Part shown: one piece after another, positions 59,639 through 64,000 of the stretch
How the letters are laid out: every line of letters begins with the position of its first letter
How positions within the stretch are numbered: the stretch's first letter is position 1
Source of the DNA: Patescibacteria group bacterium
Lineage (GTDB): Bacteria; Patescibacteriota; Microgenomatia; UBA1400; PJMF01
Assembly: GCA_052035325.1 (NCBI GenBank)
Contig: JBPOHR010000006.1
Coordinates: 3,083 to 67,082, forward strand
Length of the DNA: 64,000 nt
Reading direction: 5' to 3'
The notes under the pieces: model-generated
What the model was told of the DNA's origin: nothing
What the model saw: only the letters and a program-made list of their open reading frames with translations
Database searches by the model: none
Position numbers and translations under genes: made by a program

Positions 59639-60378
59639 TCATCCGCCGACTCAACTATCTCAATCAAGATTTCTACTCAATTACGGCTCAACAATTTTCA
59701 GCCACCCGCCAAACACCGTGGGCAGGTTGGGAGCAATTACTACCGTTTTTGGAAAAAATCTGCCTCGATTCAACTCGACCGATTCGAGTTCTCGACATTG
59801 GTTGTGGCAATGGTCGGTTCGCTCATTGGTTGAGTGATCATTTTCCCACAAATTCTTTCGAATACCTTGGTATCGACTCCAGTGAACAACTGCTTAGCGA
59901 AGCTAGTCAATTGACTGTTCCGCACGTCTCAGTCAGTACCCGACACGTAGATGTCGTCGAAGCGCTTCTCAAATCTGGTACTTTCATTAAAGAAAGTGCT
60001 TTTGATGTCATCGTTTCATTTGGCGTAATCCATCACATTGCATCAAAAGAACTCCGCGCCAACTTATTGTCGCAAATTAACGCAAAGCTCGTGAAAGGTG
60101 GAGTAGGGGTGATTACTTTCTGGCAGTTTGATCACATTCCTAACTTGCTAGAACGACAATTCTCAGCAACGGATCTAGGGATGGAGGAACTTGAAAAGAA
60201 TGACTATATCCTAGACTGGCAACGAGGTGTTCGCGCCTATCGGTACTGTCATCTCACCACCAAAGCAGAAGTAAAGGAACTTGTTGCTCATGCTCAGTTA
60301 GAGGTTGTAAAACAGTTCGAAGCAGATGGAAATGATGCAGCTACAAACCACTATCTGGTCATAACCAAATCTGCATAA
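59626..60378 (+). CDS. class I SAM-dependent methyltransferase
   Basis: Motif I VLDIGCGNGRF. Start ambiguous between 59590 and 59626; divergent from the Elp3 gene and overlapping it. Confidence 0.7.
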   Translation: MNHTLIRRLNYLNQDFYSITAQQFSATRQTPWAGWEQLLPFLEKICLDSTRPIRVLDIGCGNGRFAHWLSDHFPTNSFEYLGIDSSEQLLSEASQLTVPHVSVSTRHVDVVEALLKSGTFIKESAFDVIVSFGVIHHIASKELRANLLSQINAKLVKGGVGVITFWQFDHIPNLLERQFSATDLGMEELEKNDYILDWQRGVRAYRYCHLTTKAEVKELVAHAQLEVVKQFEADGNDAATNHYLVITKSA

Positions 60379-60470
60379 TGCAAACTCCGCTTACCTCTAG
60401 TCGAGTTTTGCCAGTACTTTTGGTACAATTGGAGATCTTGGATTGCGCCTTTGACGCGCAAACATGACAA

Positions 60471-60541
60471 TGCCCCGTGGTCTAATGGCAGGACAGCAGC
60501 CTTTGAAGCTGTTTATCTAGGTTCGAATCCTAGCGGGGCAT
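60471..60541 (+). tRNA. tRNA-Gln (anticodon TTG)
   Basis: Acceptor TGCCCCG/CGGGGCA, anticodon stem-loop GCAGC-CTTTGAA-GCTGT, T-loop TTCGAAT. Confidence 0.75.
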
Positions 60542-60550
60542 CAATACGTA

Positions 60551-60576
60551 AAACCACCACAAGGTGGTTTTTTCGG
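60551..60576. terminator. bidirectional hairpin terminator
   Basis: AAACCACC-acaa-GGTGGTTTTTT; T-runs on both strands, between the tRNA and a minus-strand gene. Confidence 0.55.
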
Positions 60577-60596
60577 TAAGACTATAATTAACTGCC

Positions 60597-61034
60597 TCAT
60601 CCAGGCAAAAAATATGTGTTAGTTTCTCGTTGACACAAGTCCCAAGTACGTAATCTCGTTTCGTCTTCAATGGTTTCTGTTTTTAAGGTCATTCCATTCG
60701 ATAGCTCAACTACAATATTTTTTCCATCCTCTACAAAAGAAAAGGACACCACAGTGGGTTTTTCTACCTCGATGTTCGCTACTTTAGGATCTAACGTATC
60801 TCTCTCCTCAGTAGTGGAATCTGCCACAACAATTTTTCCTCGACAAAACTTCCAAGCACCTTCCACGCAAAGTGTCCAATCACCATCGCCATCATGGCAT
60901 TCACCAAAATGGATATAGAGGAAAAATGCATATGCGTTCAACATGCGGCACATAGGTAAACCTACTAATTGAGCAGTGATTTTCTGCAACTCTGTGGATG
61001 AGGTTACTGTGATATATGTCGTTGATTCGGTCAT
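60597..61034 (-). CDS. hypothetical protein (145 aa)
   Basis: ORF only. Confidence 0.4.
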   Translation of the reverse strand: MTESTTYITVTSSTELQKITAQLVGLPMCRMLNAYAFFLYIHFGECHDGDGDWTLCVEGAWKFCRGKIVVADSTTEERDTLDPKVANIEVEKPTVVSFSFVEDGKNIVVELSNGMTLKTETIEDETRLRTWDLCQRETNTYFLPG

Positions 61035-61139
61035 AGGCTATCTGGTAGTGTCATTAGTATAACCCTCAAACTACAGCAACTACATTCGTAATCTAGATCA
61101 CTTTCACGCAGAGCAGACAGGTCTACACTATCTGCCAAT

Positions 61140-62372
61140 ATGGAAAAAGAACCCAGCATTCGCCAAGAAATACAAAAGTATAAAGGACTTGTCTGCTCAG
61201 CAGATATGGTTGTCATCACCCTTGTCTGCTCTGACAGTCGTGTCTCACTCCCCGAAGGTTTAGTGGACATCAAAATGAAAGACGGCACCACTAAGAAAGT
61301 GGTTTTTATTGGTGTACCGACAATTGGTGGCGGCATACCTAGTCATTCTCGTTTTCGGGGTGTCAAGGATGTATTACTAAGCTGGGGCGTTGCTGCAGAG
61401 AAACTACGAGTCTTAGCGACACAACACGGAGACACAAAAGAAATCACCAGTGCTGCTAAAGCTGGTTCTACCGAACATGCTCATGATGTCTCATGCGGTC
61501 TAAGAAGTTTTATGGAAAAATACAGAGAAGATCTAATCGACATTCACAATATCATTGTCCCTTGGTCAACAGAATATAAAATTAAGAATCGAAATAATAA
61601 ACTTGCTCCAGATCGGCTTGAACTTGATGTTATTCGGAGTGAGTGTCCAGATGGTATGGACTTAATTGATGCACTGCACAAAAAGACAGGATTACCTCGT
61701 CGTCTCATTTTGCGAGCAGCATATCGCAATATGTCGTCAGCAATAGCTGACAATGAGATGGCGGTTGCAGACAGAGTAGGACAGTATGTCTTAAGCGAAG
61801 AACACGAGGACTTATGGGGCACGTGTTTCATTGGTGCTGCAGAGTACGATCATCAGAAAAAAATACTTATTTTCAACCAGAATCACTCTGACCTAGGTTT
61901 TGCTGATCGTGAAGTACCACTACCAGAACTGACACCACGGACGGACACTATTCAAAATCCCAACTATGTTGTTATCTCGTTTGGTAAAGAAGCTATCTGT
62001 ATTCATAATGGTGTCGTGCTACCTGAATTTGCACGAACGACAGAAAATCCTGACAATATTTTCAGAGCGTGTGCCAGCACAACTGCCATCCCAAATCTAT
62101 TATGTGCCTTTGCCGAAGCATTTTATGCGGTGGTGCATAAAGTTGAACCCCATCCAGGCGATAATAATTTTTCCACACTGCAACAAGTGGTCGTGGTGTG
62201 TGACAGTGATGAGCACTACGAAGTGTTACTACAGACACTTGATTCACCTGAGTTCAAAGAAGAGTACTTGCCCATTTTTAAACAACTTAATGCCGGAAAG
62301 ATCTTGGTACAAAAGTTGCATTTAGATCGACCAGATATACAACCAGAAATGAGCGAATTACAATTAGCCTGA
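61140..62372 (+). CDS. hypothetical protein (410 aa)
   Basis: Long ORF with no recognised motif. Confidence 0.45.
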   Translation: MEKEPSIRQEIQKYKGLVCSADMVVITLVCSDSRVSLPEGLVDIKMKDGTTKKVVFIGVPTIGGGIPSHSRFRGVKDVLLSWGVAAEKLRVLATQHGDTKEITSAAKAGSTEHAHDVSCGLRSFMEKYREDLIDIHNIIVPWSTEYKIKNRNNKLAPDRLELDVIRSECPDGMDLIDALHKKTGLPRRLILRAAYRNMSSAIADNEMAVADRVGQYVLSEEHEDLWGTCFIGAAEYDHQKKILIFNQNHSDLGFADREVPLPELTPRTDTIQNPNYVVISFGKEAICIHNGVVLPEFARTTENPDNIFRACASTTAIPNLLCAFAEAFYAVVHKVEPHPGDNNFSTLQQVVVVCDSDEHYEVLLQTLDSPEFKEEYLPIFKQLNAGKILVQKLHLDRPDIQPEMSELQLA

Positions 62373-62400
62373 TCAAGAAAATCCCGATATACTCACGGGC

Positions 62401-62985
62401 ATGCATGAATTTAAAAACATTATTGGAGTGATTGCTGTCATATTGACATTTGTTGGCTATATTCCTTACTTGCGCGATGTAGTGTCCGGCAAAACCGTTC
62501 CTCATCTCTATAGTTGGTTCTTATGGGGTTTTGTAACAAGTATCGCTTTTGCACTACAGTTTAGTGATAAAGCAGGCACAGGTGCATTTGTTACGCTAGC
62601 TGCTGCACTTATGTGTTTTGTAGTTTTAGTGCTGGGAATAATCAAAAAAAGTAGTAGCGCTATTACTCATCTGGATACCGTTTTTTTAGTTGCTGCATTC
62701 ATCTCCTTGGCAGTATGGCTCGTCGCCAAACAACCCGTTGTGTCAGCAATACTAACTACCTTCATCGATATTCTTGGTTTCGCACCCACTATCCGCAAAT
62801 CTTGGAATAAACCTCACTCAGAAACTCTTTCGTTCTACGTCCTAAACTCTTTTAGGTTTGGATTGGCAGTCATTTCATTAAACAGATACAACATCGTGAC
62901 CGCGTTGTACCCAGTTGTGTGGTTAGTAGCTAACGGCGCGTTTGCACTCATGCTAACCATCCGTCGCAAGTCCGTGCTACCATGA
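62401..62985 (+). CDS. hypothetical membrane protein (5-6 TM)
   Basis: Hydrophobic segments throughout. Confidence 0.45.
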   Translation: MHEFKNIIGVIAVILTFVGYIPYLRDVVSGKTVPHLYSWFLWGFVTSIAFALQFSDKAGTGAFVTLAAALMCFVVLVLGIIKKSSSAITHLDTVFLVAAFISLAVWLVAKQPVVSAILTTFIDILGFAPTIRKSWNKPHSETLSFYVLNSFRFGLAVISLNRYNIVTALYPVVWLVANGAFALMLTIRRKSVLP

Positions 62986-62993
62986 ACTAGTAG

Positions 62994-64000
62994 ATGCAAT
63001 TTCTTACAAAAGTTCTCAGTCAAGTCGAAAAATACGTCCCTTTTGTGGTCATGATCGGCCTTGCTGTCGCCACGGGCATCACCCTTGTTGGCCAACCTCT
63101 GCTCGCTCACACCCTTGTTTTCTGGATACTACTCATCGGCATTATTCCATTTCTCAAAAATATATTGGTATCTTTTGCACATAAAGAATTTGGTGTCGAT
63201 CTGCTGGCTGCGGTGAGTATTATTTCAAGTCTCGTAATTGGTGAGTACATTGCCGGTGCAGTGATTTTACTAATGCTCTCTGGTGGAGAAGCATTGGAAA
63301 ACTTCGCACTAGGCCGAGCCCGCAAGGAACTTTCACATCTACTTGCCAACGCTCCCACCATTGCCCATCGCAAAAAAGGCCAGACGATTACCGACATCAA
63401 AGCTGAAGAAGTAAAAGTAGATGACATATTAGTAATCAAACCTGGAGAAGTTATTCCAGTTGACGGCATCATACTCAATGGCGCATCAACAGTGGATGAA
63501 TCTGCTCTCACCGGTGAATCAATTCCCGTAGAGAAAACCGTACATGCTCATGTGATGAGCGGCAGCACCAACGGAGCAGGACTGCTTGAAGTACGAGCAC
63601 TCCACGCTAGTAAAGACAGTAACTATGAACGAATTATTAACCTCGTCAGAGCCGCCGAAAAAGAAAAAGCTCCTTTTGTCAGGCTAGCCGATCGTTACAG
63701 TGTGTGGTTTACGTTGATCGCCTTTATCGTAGCGGGACTCGGTTGGATTATCAGTGGAGACCCAGCCCGAGCACTTGCTGTCCTGGTTGTCGCCACACCA
63801 TGTCCGTTGATTCTCGCGACCCCAATAGCTTTTGCTTCCGGCATCAGTCGAGCTGCCAAACGTGGCATCATCATTAAAAATGGCCGAGTGATCGAACAAC
63901 TCGCCAAAGCCAAAAGTTTTCTCTTTGATAAAACCGGCACATTAACACTAGGCACTCCCACGCTTCACGAAATCGAAACATTCGGTGGACTCACACAACA
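62994..64000 (+). CDS. P1B-type heavy-metal translocating ATPase, N-terminal part (continues beyond window)
   Basis: Not in ORF track. ATG at 62994 gives MQFLTKVLSQ...; contains TGES, the CPC motif (ATPCPLILATP) and DKTGTLT. The minus-strand ORFs here are antisense artefacts. Confidence 0.85.
   Translation, partial: MQFLTKVLSQVEKYVPFVVMIGLAVATGITLVGQPLLAHTLVFWILLIGIIPFLKNILVSFAHKEFGVDLLAAVSIISSLVIGEYIAGAVILLMLSGGEALENFALGRARKELSHLLANAPTIAHRKKGQTITDIKAEEVKVDDILVIKPGEVIPVDGIILNGASTVDESALTGESIPVEKTVHAHVMSGSTNGAGLLEVRALHASKDSNYERIINLVRAAEKEKAPFVRLADRYSVWFTLIAFIVAGLGWIISGDPARALAVLVVATPCPLILATPIAFASGISRAAKRGIIIKNGRVIEQLAKAKSFLFDKTGTLTLGTPTLHEIETFGGLTQ

Noticed and set aside
63107-63961. Three minus-strand ORFs at the window end
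   Set aside because: The plus strand here encodes a P1B-type ATPase with TGES, CPC and DKTGT motifs, so these are antisense artefacts.
1-64000. Genome-wide UGA recoding (code 25 or code 4) as the explanation for the in-frame TGA in the ABC ATPase
   Set aside because: Very long genes (1131, 619 and 607 aa) are uninterrupted under the standard code. TGA also terminates well-aligned genes (the rluB-like gene at 32294-32296; ORF 62401..62985). The tRNA-Gly found has anticodon UCC, not UCA.
1-64000. CRISPR arrays or cas operon
   Set aside because: No run of three or more regularly spaced repeats was seen; the only direct repeats (40653-40766) are a single pair. The Cas4-like gene has no cas neighbours.

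Overview
Gene-dense 64 kb chromosomal segment of a small-genome bacterium. The standard genetic code is in use (TAA/TAG/TGA all act as stops), GC is about 45-48%, and both strands are coding. The gene content is a mix of bacterial housekeeping genes with several archaeal-type enzymes, which would fit a CPR/Patescibacteria-like lineage (inference only).

Content by function:
- Efflux: a two-component system followed by a MacA/MacB-type tripartite efflux operon, whose ATPase gene carries one in-frame TGA; and a MarR-controlled RND/MFP efflux operon that runs on into an orphan GAF histidine kinase and a P-loop NTPase.
- Translation: efp sits next to epmA, with epmB about 5 kb away (the EF-P beta-lysylation pathway); typA/bipA; an Elp3-like tRNA modification enzyme; an RluB-like pseudouridine synthase.
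- DNA metabolism: RadC(JAB) plus a Cas4-like PD-(D/E)XK nuclease as a pair; RecQ; RarA; an HhH-GPD glycosylase.
- Cofactor synthesis: a fused archaeal-type PPAT + DUF359 (GTP-dependent dephospho-CoA kinase) gene.
- Metal-related: two YibE/F-family membrane paralogs flank a GC-richer module that encodes a Fur-family regulator and two unknown proteins, one of them His-rich.
- Stress: an Hsp20 gene preceded by a CIRCE-like inverted repeat.
- Other: alpha-glucan phosphorylase, an ABC-2 transporter, and a partial P1B-type ATPase at the window end.
- RNA genes: five tRNAs (His, Gly, Leu, Pro, Gln).

Three tRNA-adjacent stretches carry only uncharacterised genes. The clearest is an AT-rich islet of about 3.2 kb immediately 3' of tRNA-Leu/tRNA-Pro; it encodes a 482-aa protein with a C-terminal PD-(D/E)XK-like motif and a 340-aa protein with an N-terminal NDT/TIR-like Rossmann signature. 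These are candidate novel defence or accessory genes.

No CRISPR array, transposase or integrase was seen.
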